Part shown: positions 9,612-19,568 of the stretch, one piece after another
How the letters are laid out: each line of letters begins with the position of its first letter
Numbering within the stretch: position 1 is the stretch's first letter
Assembly (NCBI GenBank): GCA_001779115.1
Contig: MFJF01000015.1
Coordinates: 86,491 to 150,490, forward strand
From: Candidatus Gottesmanbacteria bacterium RIFCSPHIGHO2_01_FULL_40_15
GTDB lineage: Bacteria; Patescibacteriota; Microgenomatia; 2-02-FULL-39-11
Length of the DNA: 64,000 bases
Reading direction: 5' to 3'
The notes under the pieces: generated by a model
Seen by the model: only the letters and a program-made list of their open reading frames with translations
The model's database searches: none
What the model was told of the DNA's origin: nothing
Translations under genes and position numbers: made by a program

Positions 9612-10436
9612 ATGAAAAAAAACAATTGTACTGCCTGTATGGTTGTCAAAAATGAAGACCGGTTTGTCTGGTACGGCATAAACTCAGTGCTTCCCTATGT
9701 TGACAGATTTCTGATTACCGATACCGGTTCAACCGACAAAACAGTTGAAATAATAAAGGCAATAAAAGATGAAAAAATTGCATTAACCCGAAAAGAAAAA
9801 GTAACTCCCGCTCTTTTAACCCGGTATCGTCAGGAACAGATTGACAAAACAGAAACTGCCTGGCTCTGGCTGGTTGACGGAGATGAGGTCTATCCGGAAA
9901 AAACCGCTCAAAAAATACGCCGGATTATGTCGGAAGGCGATAAATATGACGGTATTATCGCGCACCGCTTTGATCTTCTCGGAGATATTTACCACCGGCA
10001 AAGGGAAACAGTCGGCAGTTATAACCAGTTCGGGCTTCGCGGTCATTACGTATTGAGATGCCTGAGAGTTAAAGCTTTTTCGGACCTTAATGTGTTAGGT
10101 GATTATCCCGATGAATATTTTGCCGACGGCGCCGTTCATGTTAAAAAACGGGGCAGGGACCGTTTTGCCCTGGTTCAGGAACCGCTCTTTCATTCCATGT
10201 ATCTGCAGCGGTCAACAGCGGGAAAAAAACTGCAAAATGTCTTAAACCGGCAAAATTACAAGATAGAACTGGGATTGGCTGTTAATCCGGAAAATCTGCC
10301 CGATATTTTTTTTGCGATACGTCCGCCGATCGTCCCGGAAGTTTTGGGAAAAATAAGCGTGATATATCTTATTGCCGCCGCTCTTATTACTCCGGTAAAA
10401 ATATTAAAGAGAAAATTGATGGAAATTAAAATTTAG
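9612..10436 (+). CDS. GT2 family glycosyltransferase
   Basis: VKNE, DTGSTDKT and the DxD motif VDGDE. Confidence 0.85.
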   Translation: MKKNNCTACMVVKNEDRFVWYGINSVLPYVDRFLITDTGSTDKTVEIIKAIKDEKIALTRKEKVTPALLTRYRQEQIDKTETAWLWLVDGDEVYPEKTAQKIRRIMSEGDKYDGIIAHRFDLLGDIYHRQRETVGSYNQFGLRGHYVLRCLRVKAFSDLNVLGDYPDEYFADGAVHVKKRGRDRFALVQEPLFHSMYLQRSTAGKKLQNVLNRQNYKIELGLAVNPENLPDIFFAIRPPIVPEVLGKISVIYLIAAALITPVKILKRKLMEIKI

Positions 10437-10448
10437 GATCTTGTCACC

Positions 10449-11999
10449 ATGAAAATCCGTCCAATAATAATATATCCGTTTCTTATTGCCTTTTATCCCG
10501 TCATTTTCGCCTACGCTGAAAATATTAAAGGTCTGATACTTCCTGAAGTATCCCTGCCGCTGTCTGTATCTTTCTTTCTGACATTAATGCTGTTTCTTTT
10601 GGCTAAAATCGTTTTCAGGGATTGGTATAAGGCAGGCATTGCCGCTGCAATTATAATTATTGTCATTGAAAATTATATACTTGGTTTTGACTTTGTCAGA
10701 AAGACTGTCTTAGATCAATTTATCAAAGGCAAGCATAAATTCGGATTTCTGGTGGTCACAACAGGTCTTTTGATCTTTTTATATTTTTTAAGAAAATCAA
10801 AACAGCGTTTCCGGTTATCCGCATCCATATTGAATGTTTTTTCAGTTATATTGATCTCTTTACCTGTTGTTCAGATTGCCGTATATGAGATATCTAATAA
10901 ATCGCCCACTATAAATGCAGTTACTCTGCCTAAACTGGAAAAGAATGGCCATCCCCAAACCGGGGAATTGCCGGATATTTATTACTTCATATTAGACAGA
11001 TACGGACAAAATAAAACAATCAGCTCAAATTACGGTTATGATAATTCTGTTTTTATTAAATCCCTGGAGAAAAAAGGATTTCATATTGTGTCTGACAGTT
11101 GGTCGAATTACACAACAAGCGCACTTTCACTGGCCTCATCTTTAAATATGAGTTATCTGGACAATCTTGCCCAAAATCCGGGTATTAACTCGGCGGATGA
11201 AAAAATTCTTTTGAAACTGATAGAGAATAATCTCGTTGTAAAATTTCTCAAAAGTATGGGATACAAATATATTCATGTCGGATCATGGTGGAATGCAACG
11301 GCAAAAAATAAATATGCCGACAGAAACATCAAAGGCGCTCTTGCTTTATCCGAATTATCTCAAGTCATTTATAGCCGGACTATTTTTTATCCGATTACGG
11401 TTAAGCTGAAAGTGCCTCTTTTAGACGGCCGCTATGCTCAATTTATAAGAATTCCTTCCCAGTTTTCCGAGATTGCCAATATTCCTAAAATGAAAGAGCC
11501 TACATTTATTTTTGCTCATTTTCTTATTCCTCATCCTCCGTATGTCTTTGATAAAGACGGAAATTTTATAACTGAGGAAGAAGAAAATAAAAGAAGCGAA
11601 AGGGATAATTACATCGGCCAATTGGAGTACGCGAATAAAAAAATACTCGAATTGGTAAATACATTATTAACTTCCGCAAAAGACAATAAGCCCATTATTG
11701 TCATTCAGGGTGATGAAGGACCGTATCCCGGGGAATATCTCAAAAACAGCCTGAAATATGACTGGAAAAAAGCCGGTGATGATATTATTCAGCAAAAAAT
11801 GGGAATACTAAACGCGATATATTTTCCCGATAGCCGGTATGAATCTTTTTCTCCGGTGACTTCACCGGTCAACTCCTTCAGGATTGTATTCAACACCTGG
11901 TTTAATCAGAAACTCGAGCTATTACCGGATATAAGTTTCCTCTCTAACGTCGGAAAACCTTACGATTTTGTGAAAAAAATCGAAAGAAATCAGAAATGA
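10449..11999 (+). CDS. Membrane-anchored alkaline-phosphatase/sulfatase-superfamily (LTA synthase-like) protein
   Basis: 5 N-terminal TM helices, then PDIYYFILDRY, SNYTTS, H-x-x-x-PHPPY, IQGDEG. Confidence 0.75.
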   Translation: MKIRPIIIYPFLIAFYPVIFAYAENIKGLILPEVSLPLSVSFFLTLMLFLLAKIVFRDWYKAGIAAAIIIIVIENYILGFDFVRKTVLDQFIKGKHKFGFLVVTTGLLIFLYFLRKSKQRFRLSASILNVFSVILISLPVVQIAVYEISNKSPTINAVTLPKLEKNGHPQTGELPDIYYFILDRYGQNKTISSNYGYDNSVFIKSLEKKGFHIVSDSWSNYTTSALSLASSLNMSYLDNLAQNPGINSADEKILLKLIENNLVVKFLKSMGYKYIHVGSWWNATAKNKYADRNIKGALALSELSQVIYSRTIFYPITVKLKVPLLDGRYAQFIRIPSQFSEIANIPKMKEPTFIFAHFLIPHPPYVFDKDGNFITEEEENKRSERDNYIGQLEYANKKILELVNTLLTSAKDNKPIIVIQGDEGPYPGEYLKNSLKYDWKKAGDDIIQQKMGILNAIYFPDSRYESFSPVTSPVNSFRIVFNTWFNQKLELLPDISFLSNVGKPYDFVKKIERNQK

Positions 12000-13075
12000 A
12001 GATCGCTTTCATAAATATTTATCAGGGTCTTGCCTATAGGGGAGCGGAGCGCAGTACCGAAGAGCTCTGTTTACGATTAGGTGTTCAAAATAGAATTACT
12101 CTAATTTCTGCCGGAAACACCAACGTTCCGGAAAAAGTAGAAAAAATAAAAATCCCGATATTACTTCCTTACCTTCCTGATAGTTCATTCTCCTTCTTTC
12201 GCCGTTTCTATCTGGATTTATGGAGTCTGCAAATCTTAATATTTACACTTCGCTGTCTGCCTTATCTTTTAAAGAGAAATTTTGACATCCTTATTCCCGT
12301 TAACGGGGGATGGCAGACGGTAATTATCAAATTAGTCACAAGAATAAAACGGTCCAAAATGGTAGTTATTGGCCGGGCCGGTATCGGCCGGGATGATGCC
12401 TGGAATTTACTGACCTGTCCTGACCTTTTTATTGCCCTGACAGGAAAAGCGGAAAAATGGGCCGGAAAAATTAAACCCGGTGTCAAAATTGTCAGGATTC
12501 CTAACGGTATTGATCTTGAAAAGTTTCACCCCCGGGTCAAACCGGTCAAGTTAGATCTGCCCCGGCCGGTCATTTTGGCTGTTTCTGCCCTGACGGAAAA
12601 TAAAAGGCTGAAATTGACAATAAATGCCGTTGCCGCCATGGAAAAACCTGTTTCACTACTTATCGTCGGCCGGGGTCCTCTAAAAGAAAGTCTACAGAAT
12701 CTGGGCCGGCAGCTTTTGGGACGGGACAGATTTATGATAACTCAAGCCGGGGCGGAAGATATGCCGGCCTTTTATACCGCCGCCGATATCTTTACCATGG
12801 TATCGGTTGACACTGAAGCTTTCGGTAATGTCTATCTTGAAGCACTTGCCTGTAATCTGCCTGTGGCGGCGCCGGATGACGAAAACCGCCGGGAAATAAT
12901 AGGCCCGGCCGGTCTCTATTGTGATCCCCGTGATCCCCGAACTTATGCTCAGGTTCTGGAAGAAGCATTATCGAGAAATTTAGGCAATATTCCCCGGTCC
13001 CGGGCGGAACAATTTGATTGGAAAAGGATTATTAAAAAGTATGATAAAGTGTTAAAACAACTCATGAAAAGATGA
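11996..13075 (+). CDS. GT4 family glycosyltransferase
   Basis: GAER, IPNGID, EAFGNVYLEALAC. Confidence 0.9.
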   Translation: MKIAFINIYQGLAYRGAERSTEELCLRLGVQNRITLISAGNTNVPEKVEKIKIPILLPYLPDSSFSFFRRFYLDLWSLQILIFTLRCLPYLLKRNFDILIPVNGGWQTVIIKLVTRIKRSKMVVIGRAGIGRDDAWNLLTCPDLFIALTGKAEKWAGKIKPGVKIVRIPNGIDLEKFHPRVKPVKLDLPRPVILAVSALTENKRLKLTINAVAAMEKPVSLLIVGRGPLKESLQNLGRQLLGRDRFMITQAGAEDMPAFYTAADIFTMVSVDTEAFGNVYLEALACNLPVAAPDDENRREIIGPAGLYCDPRDPRTYAQVLEEALSRNLGNIPRSRAEQFDWKRIIKKYDKVLKQLMKR

Positions 13076-13794
13076 AATTATCGATTATCATCCCGGTTTA
13101 CAATGAGGAAAAAACAGTGGGTAAAGTACTGGATAAAATATGCCGCCAGCCCCTCAAATGGAGCCGGGAAATAATTATTATCAACGACGGGTCAACCGAC
13201 AACACCAAAAATATTATTAAATCTTTCCTGATAAAAGCCGAAAAGGAAAAATATCAGGTTAAAGTAATAAATTTTGATAAAAATTACGGAAAAGGTAAAG
13301 CGGTTTCATCTGGCATAAAAAAAGCTACCGGCAACTATATTCTTATCCAGGATGCCGATTTGGAGTACGATCCTGCCGATATTCCCGCAATACTAAGCGC
13401 TGCCGGCCGTGTCCTTGAAAATAAAAATAAATATGTCAGTGTTGCTGTTTACGGCAGCCGGTTGATGAAAAACCCCGTTAATATGCCGTATCTTTATATA
13501 ATGGGCAATAAATTTCTGACAGGGTTAACCAACTTCATATTCGGTACCCGCCTGACGGATATGGAGACAGGTTACAAACTTCTCCCTGCCGGACTTATCA
13601 GAAAAATGCCTCTGATATCAACCCGCTTTGATTTTGAACCGGAAATTACCGCCAGGCTGATAAAAGCGAAAATTCCAATAATCGAAGTGCCTATTTCATA
13701 CCGGGGTAGAACCCATTTGGCCGGTAAAAAATTAACTGTCAGAGATTCAATCGGTGCTTTAAAATGCCTGATTTATTTTCGTTTTTTCACTTGA
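13072..13794 (+). CDS. GT2 polyprenol-phosphate glycosyltransferase (DPM synthase-like)
   Basis: IIPVYNEE, NDGSTDNT, NYGKG, QDADLEYDP, GSR, TDMETGYK, FEPE. Confidence 0.9.
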   Translation: MKLSIIIPVYNEEKTVGKVLDKICRQPLKWSREIIIINDGSTDNTKNIIKSFLIKAEKEKYQVKVINFDKNYGKGKAVSSGIKKATGNYILIQDADLEYDPADIPAILSAAGRVLENKNKYVSVAVYGSRLMKNPVNMPYLYIMGNKFLTGLTNFIFGTRLTDMETGYKLLPAGLIRKMPLISTRFDFEPEITARLIKAKIPIIEVPISYRGRTHLAGKKLTVRDSIGALKCLIYFRFFT

Positions 13795-13806
13795 ACAAAA
13801 AAGCAA

Positions 13807-15216
13807 ATGAATAAGCTTTTGCTGATTTTTCTGATAGTAGTAGGCAGCGCCTATTCCGTTATTGCCGTTGCCGCTCACTATCAGTTCCGGACTTTCGGTT
13901 GGGATTTGGGATATTTTGACCAGATAATCTGGTTATTAAGCCGCGGATTCTACCCTTTCAGTACTTTAAATAAGGTGAATTTTTTAGCCAATCATTTTTC
14001 ACCGGTTCTTATATTCTATGCTCTGCTTTACCGGATCCATTCTTCTCCGGTAACCCTTCTCATATCCCAGGCTTTTTTGGTCGTTTTTTCCTCGTACCCC
14101 CTTTTTCTCTTGGTCTGGGAAAAAACGGGCAGCCGGCTTTTAGGAATGGCCGTAGTTATTTCTTTTCTGTTTTTTATCGGTACCCAGTGGAGCATACTCA
14201 ATGAATTCCATGAAGCGACTTTAACCCCGCTGTTTCTGTCGCTTTTTTTCTTTTCTGCCGGCATAAAAAAAAGGAAGCTGATTTTCCTTTTTTCAATAAT
14301 CGGCTTACTTGTTACCAAGGAAGAATTTGCGCTTTTAACAGCCGCCCTGGCTTTCCCTTTGTATTTTTATTACGGGCTAAAAAAACAGGCGGTTATTCTT
14401 TTTCTGTTTTCCCTGTTTTTTTTCTTTTTCCTGACTCAATTTTTCATGCCGGCCATATCGGAAAAAGGTGTATACCAGCATGCTCATTTGTCACCAGAAG
14501 CCCCATCACCCTGGGAACTGACCTTAAAAATCTTGACTGATCCTGTATATATCCTTAAAAGTTTCCTTTCTCCGCCGGTAAAAATTCAGACTCTTTTAAT
14601 CAGTTTTTCTTCATTTGCATACTTGCCGCTTTTTGCCCCGTTTTCCGTTTTAGTTCCGGTTATCGAGCAATTTCTGATGCGGTTTCTGTATACCGGACCG
14701 CAGTTTACTGTTTTTACCAATGTCAACCATCATGCCGCTCCGATTGCCGTTCTTCTGCCCGTTTCCGTTGTTTTTGCGGTGGTGCGTCTTATGAGCCGGT
14801 TCCCCCGTAAAAAAAGATTCATCCTTTTGTCTTCATCCCTTTTAATTTTAGTTGCCAGTGTGTTTCAGGATATTATTCAAAAAGCGCCTTTTCATTCCAT
14901 TGTTAAACCGGCTTTATATCAGGAGTCGGAGTGGCAAAAAAACGCCGGGAATGCCTTAAAACAAGTGCCCTTAAACAGTTCCGTTGCCGCCCAAAACAGC
15001 CTTTTTCCCCATTTATCGCAAAGAAAGGAAATTTATCTCCTACCCGAAACAGGCAATGCCGATTTTCTGGCGGTTGATTTAAGTGACGGGCCTAATAAAT
15101 TCTCTCCTCTTAATCTGCAAAAAACCCGAGTTTTAATTTATGAGTTGGAGGAAAAAAATATATACCGGGTTTATTTCCGGAAAGGCGATGCCATTATTTA
15201 CCGGAAAGTAAATTAA
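13807..15216 (+). CDS. DUF2079-like membrane protein (probable GT-C glycosyltransferase)
   Basis: WDLGYFDQ, NHFSP, EFHE, KEE, PHLSQR; multi-TM. Confidence 0.75.
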   Translation: MNKLLLIFLIVVGSAYSVIAVAAHYQFRTFGWDLGYFDQIIWLLSRGFYPFSTLNKVNFLANHFSPVLIFYALLYRIHSSPVTLLISQAFLVVFSSYPLFLLVWEKTGSRLLGMAVVISFLFFIGTQWSILNEFHEATLTPLFLSLFFFSAGIKKRKLIFLFSIIGLLVTKEEFALLTAALAFPLYFYYGLKKQAVILFLFSLFFFFFLTQFFMPAISEKGVYQHAHLSPEAPSPWELTLKILTDPVYILKSFLSPPVKIQTLLISFSSFAYLPLFAPFSVLVPVIEQFLMRFLYTGPQFTVFTNVNHHAAPIAVLLPVSVVFAVVRLMSRFPRKKRFILLSSSLLILVASVFQDIIQKAPFHSIVKPALYQESEWQKNAGNALKQVPLNSSVAAQNSLFPHLSQRKEIYLLPETGNADFLAVDLSDGPNKFSPLNLQKTRVLIYELEEKNIYRVYFRKGDAIIYRKVN

Positions 15217-15269
15217 ACGCTTTTTGCCAAGTATTATAAGCCGAGTGTAAAATACGCGTTAAACAAATA

Positions 15270-15929
15270 ATGATTGATGTTAAGAAACTATATGATACCC
15301 GTTTTACTTCCTTTGAAAGGATAAGGAAAATTGAATTATGGAGGATTTTATGTCGCCGGTTTCTCCAGCAGTACATTAACCGGAACGGATCGATCGTTGA
15401 TCTGGGAGCCGGCAATTGTGAATTTATTAATAATATTGAATGCCGGGTAAAATACGCGGTTGATATAAATGACGATCTTAAAAAAAAAGTAAAAAAAGGC
15501 GTTCGCGTTAAAATTGCTCCGGTTAAAAAACTGAAAAATCTTTTTCCCCATAATTCCGTTGATGCAATATTTATGAGCAATCTGTTGGAACATCTGGACA
15601 GCAAGGAAGACGTCTTCAGACTGTTAAACGAATCTTTTGCCGTCCTTAAAAAGGGCGGCCGGTTACTGATCATGCAGCCGGATATCGCCCTGGTTGGTGA
15701 TTCATATTGGGATTTTTTTGATCATAAAGTTCCCATCACTTTTGCCAGCCTTTCGGAAGTGCTTGTGACCGTAGGTTTTAAACTGAGAAGTTACCGCTAT
15801 CCTTTTTTGCCTTATTCAACCAAAGTCAAATACCTGCCGCTCTGGCCGCCGTTTTTGAAAATTTATCTTTATTTAAGGCCGCTCCATTATTTTTTCGGAA
15901 AACAGTTTTTTATCTGCGCTGAGAAATAA
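15270..15929 (+). CDS. Class I SAM-dependent methyltransferase
   Basis: VDLGAG motif I, SNLLEHL, LKKGG. Confidence 0.85.
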   Translation: MIDVKKLYDTRFTSFERIRKIELWRILCRRFLQQYINRNGSIVDLGAGNCEFINNIECRVKYAVDINDDLKKKVKKGVRVKIAPVKKLKNLFPHNSVDAIFMSNLLEHLDSKEDVFRLLNESFAVLKKGGRLLIMQPDIALVGDSYWDFFDHKVPITFASLSEVLVTVGFKLRSYRYPFLPYSTKVKYLPLWPPFLKIYLYLRPLHYFFGKQFFICAEK

Positions 15930-15930
15930 T

Positions 15931-16746
15931 ATGGATATTTCCGCTTGTCTGGTCATAAGAAATGAAGAAACACTCCTGGAAAAAAGTCTGGAGAGCCTCA
16001 AAGGGATTGCTGATGAAATAATTATTGTGCATGACGGGCCATGCAATGACCGCAGTCTTATTATTTCCCGAAAATTTGGAGCTAGGGTGTTTGTCAGAAA
16101 ATTTGTCGGTGAAGCGGAATACCACCGGCCTTTTTCCTATGAAAAAGCAAAAGGGGATTGGATTTTGCAGATTGATGCCGATGAATATCTGCCGTCTTCC
16201 AAAAAAAATTTAATCAGGAAATTAACCGGCAGCAAAACTTGTGACGCCTACAGTTTTGCCTGGCCTTATCCGGATGAAAAAGGGTATATCGGCAAAGGAC
16301 CTTTTAGCCAGACATACAAACCTTGCCTTTTTCAAAAAGAAAAAATGTACATGCTCGGTCTCTCGCATGAATATCCCCGGACTTATGGAAAGATATGCCG
16401 AATTTCGAAAATCCAATTATTCCACCCGCCCCGTTTTGATAATTATTCCCTTAAAGTTTTTAAAACCAAGTGGCGCCGGTGGGCAGCTATTCAGGCTGAA
16501 CAAATAAAAAATATAGAGAATCTGCCCCGGTTCAATATGGGCGGGAATAACCATCTTTCTAAACATTATGGATATATAATAAAACACCCGTTTATAAGCG
16601 GTATTAAGGAATCTTTTAAATTTTTACTGCTTTATATATCAAGAGGCATTCTTTTTTCCGGAATCAGAAGTTATAAAATTGCTTTTTTTGAAATCTGTTA
16701 TATCTGGCTGGTCAGATTTTATACATTAAAATTTAAAAAAGGTTGA
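15931..16746 (+). CDS. GT2 family glycosyltransferase
   Basis: RNEE, HDGPCND, IDADE, HE. Confidence 0.85.
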   Translation: MDISACLVIRNEETLLEKSLESLKGIADEIIIVHDGPCNDRSLIISRKFGARVFVRKFVGEAEYHRPFSYEKAKGDWILQIDADEYLPSSKKNLIRKLTGSKTCDAYSFAWPYPDEKGYIGKGPFSQTYKPCLFQKEKMYMLGLSHEYPRTYGKICRISKIQLFHPPRFDNYSLKVFKTKWRRWAAIQAEQIKNIENLPRFNMGGNNHLSKHYGYIIKHPFISGIKESFKFLLLYISRGILFSGIRSYKIAFFEICYIWLVRFYTLKFKKG

Positions 16747-16751
16747 AAATC

Positions 16752-17447
16752 ATGAATGAATATAATCAAAAAAGAATCAATCCGCCATTCTGGCAGCACG
16801 ACTGTCACATATTAAAAAGGCTTTATCGTGAAATTAAAATTGAAGTGCACCGGTGGGTTAATAAAAATTCTGAGGTTTTGGATTACGGTTGCGGCCCGGC
16901 TCCATATGAACATTTATTGACCGGACGATGTTCCCGCTATATTAAATTGGATATCGGAAAAAACAACTCGGCTGATATCCTTGTCCTGGAGAACGAAAAA
17001 ATTCCTCTGCCTGATTCGTCATGGGACGTGATACTTTCAACCCAGGTATTGGAACATGTGGCTGACCCCGGTTTTTACCTGTCTGAATGCCGCAGACTCT
17101 TAAAACCCGGCGGAAAACTGATATTGTCTACCCACGGCATCTGGCCCTATCATCCGTTTCCGGAGGATTATTGGCGCTTCACGGAATCAGGGCTTAAAAA
17201 AATATTGCGTGATAACCGGTTTAAGACAGTCAACTTTAAAGGACTTATCGGGCCGTTTGCTTCATCCGTCCAGTTCACTGTATTATTATTGGCAGACTTT
17301 CTTGTTAAAAAGCCTTTCCCGGCCAAATTGATTCTGGTTCTTTTATCAGTTATATCCAATATATCAATTTCAGTTTTAGACTCAATTTTTCCTTACCGTA
17401 AAAACAGTGATTCAAGCCTTTATTTTCTATGCGCCGAAAAATACTGA
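16752..17447 (+). CDS. Class I SAM-dependent methyltransferase (type 11)
   Basis: LDYGCG, TQVLEHV, LKPGG, DYWRFT; ATG 16752 preferred over TTG 16743. Confidence 0.85.
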   Translation: MNEYNQKRINPPFWQHDCHILKRLYREIKIEVHRWVNKNSEVLDYGCGPAPYEHLLTGRCSRYIKLDIGKNNSADILVLENEKIPLPDSSWDVILSTQVLEHVADPGFYLSECRRLLKPGGKLILSTHGIWPYHPFPEDYWRFTESGLKKILRDNRFKTVNFKGLIGPFASSVQFTVLLLADFLVKKPFPAKLILVLLSVISNISISVLDSIFPYRKNSDSSLYFLCAEKY

Positions 17448-18820
17448 TCGGAATTATTTTTACCGGCCTCATATTGAGGTTTATCGGCCTCAACCAGAGT
17501 TTTTGGCTGGATGAAGCCGCTCAGGTAATTGAATCGGAAAGAGTTTTTGCCCAACAGATTGATTTGGCTTCTGATTTTCACCCGCCGCTTTATCACTTAC
17601 TGCTTCATTTTTGGCTTAAAATCGGAAACGGTGAAATATTCTCTCGGCTGCCTGAAGTTATAATGGGAGTTGTCAGTATTTTTTTGGTTTATGAAATTAC
17701 CCGCCTTTTAAAATTCAGCAATTTTTCCGCTCAATTAACCGCTTTTCTTTTGGCCGTCAATCCCTTTCATATTTATTATTCCCAGGAAGTCAGGCCATAC
17801 ATGCTGTTTAGCTTCCTATCACTGTTAGCAACCCGTTTTTTTCTGACCGGCAATTTAATTGCCCTGGCAATTGTTGTTTCCCTCTTGGTCTATACCAATT
17901 ATTTTGCGTTCTTTCTTCTTTTGGCATTTCCTGCCGCATCCCTTTTGTCCGGATATAAAAAAGACTTGAATAAAGTTTTACAATCATTTTTCTTGGCGTT
18001 TCTGATATTTTTGCCTTGGCTGCCTTCTTTAATGAGGCAATTGGAAATAGGTTTCGGAAACGGATTGCCCGGTTGGAAATCAGTTGTTTCGGTTTCCCCG
18101 TATAAGGCGATTCCTTTGATTTTAGCCAAGTTTATCTTCGGTAAAGCTTCAATTGATAATAATTTCATTTACGCACTGGTCCTTATGCCCTCCATCATTG
18201 CTTTTGCCGCCAGTGGTTTTCTTGCTTTTAAAAGTAAAAAATACCCTGTTTTGTTTATGCTTTTCTTCGTCCCTTTGATTTCAGCTTTGACAGTTTCATT
18301 TTTTCTGCCCGTTTTAGCTCCGCAAAGAATGATTTTTTTGTTGCCTTTTTTTCTGATGATAATTGCCGGATCGGCTGACATCTGGAAGAAATGGGGAATA
18401 TTTTTATCACTGGCAGTTGTCATCACTTCTCTTTTCGGCCTGATGCTTTATTATTTAAACGCGCGCTTCCAGCGGGAAGATTGGCGATCATCCGTGCAAT
18501 ATTTAAAAGAAGACTCATACTCAATAAAAAGTTTGGTGGCATTTGCTTTTCCGGAAGCTTTCGCTCCTTTTATCTGGTATAACCGGGGTATTCTGGAAAG
18601 TCGCGGTTATGCACAGGATTTCCGGGTTGGGCAGTCTGACATCCGGAGACTGAGTCTTGATTTATCAGGCAGGAATACGGTTTATTATTACAGTTACCTT
18701 GACAATCTGACTGATCCCAAAAATTGGATACAGCGTAAAATAAACGAAAACGGTTTCCAGTTGAAAAGTATCAGGGATTTTCCCGGAGTCGGTTTTGTCT
18801 ATAAATATGAAAAAGACTGA
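17429..18820 (+). CDS. PMT/GT39-like membrane glycosyltransferase
   Basis: SFWLDE, DFHPPLY, YSQEVRPY, REDWR; multi-TM. Confidence 0.85.
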   Translation: MRRKILIGIIFTGLILRFIGLNQSFWLDEAAQVIESERVFAQQIDLASDFHPPLYHLLLHFWLKIGNGEIFSRLPEVIMGVVSIFLVYEITRLLKFSNFSAQLTAFLLAVNPFHIYYSQEVRPYMLFSFLSLLATRFFLTGNLIALAIVVSLLVYTNYFAFFLLLAFPAASLLSGYKKDLNKVLQSFFLAFLIFLPWLPSLMRQLEIGFGNGLPGWKSVVSVSPYKAIPLILAKFIFGKASIDNNFIYALVLMPSIIAFAASGFLAFKSKKYPVLFMLFFVPLISALTVSFFLPVLAPQRMIFLLPFFLMIIAGSADIWKKWGIFLSLAVVITSLFGLMLYYLNARFQREDWRSSVQYLKEDSYSIKSLVAFAFPEAFAPFIWYNRGILESRGYAQDFRVGQSDIRRLSLDLSGRNTVYYYSYLDNLTDPKNWIQRKINENGFQLKSIRDFPGVGFVYKYEKD

Positions 18821-19568
18821 TCACCGCAAATACGCATTGGCTTTCAAGACTCTTTTGAAAGGGCTTATATTTTGGCCGGATTGGCATCCTGAGGTGGCTT
18901 TAAGATATTTGCCTGTTGTGGCTGAAATTAAAAAAATCAAACCCAAACCCAGCGTACTTGATGTCGGATCAGGCGGCCTGGGTATCGCACCGTATCTTAA
19001 AAAAAAAGTTACCGGAGTTGATATCAAATTCAACCCGCCATACCATCCCATGCTTGAAAAAATATTGGCTTCAGCCCTGAATCTGCCCTTTACCGATCGG
19101 GTTTTTGATGCGGTCATCAGTGTTGACACGATAGAACACCTCAATAAGTCGCAAAGGGGAAAAGCCGTATCGGAGATCATCAGAACGGCACGGGCGTTGG
19201 CCGTTATTGCCGTTCCCTGCGGCAGACAGTCACTTAAGCAGGATAAAAAGCTTCACCGGTATTACCGGAAAAAATTCGGTAAAAACTATGTTTTTTTTGA
19301 GGAGCAGATAAAATACAAACTGCCAGAAGAAGAAGAAATGGTTGAGTATATAAATCAGGCAGCTAAAATAAATAAAAGAAATTTTTTTCTCAAAATTATG
19401 GACAATGAAAATTTGGCCTTAAGGGAATTTCTGATGAAAGGCTGGATGTCAGAAAACTTCGCCGTCAATATTCTTTTCAGGAAGGTATTTCTTTTGGCGA
19501 TTCCGTTAATGTCAAAGTTAAACGGTAAACCTGCCTACCGTAAAATCTTTATTGTTAAATTAAAATGA
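18807..19568 (+). CDS. Class I SAM-dependent methyltransferase
   Basis: LDVGSG, LPFTD-x-x-FD, DTIEH; ATG 18807 preferred over TTG 18795. Confidence 0.85.
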   Translation: MKKTDHRKYALAFKTLLKGLIFWPDWHPEVALRYLPVVAEIKKIKPKPSVLDVGSGGLGIAPYLKKKVTGVDIKFNPPYHPMLEKILASALNLPFTDRVFDAVISVDTIEHLNKSQRGKAVSEIIRTARALAVIAVPCGRQSLKQDKKLHRYYRKKFGKNYVFFEEQIKYKLPEEEEMVEYINQAAKINKRNFFLKIMDNENLALREFLMKGWMSENFAVNILFRKVFLLAIPLMSKLNGKPAYRKIFIVKLK

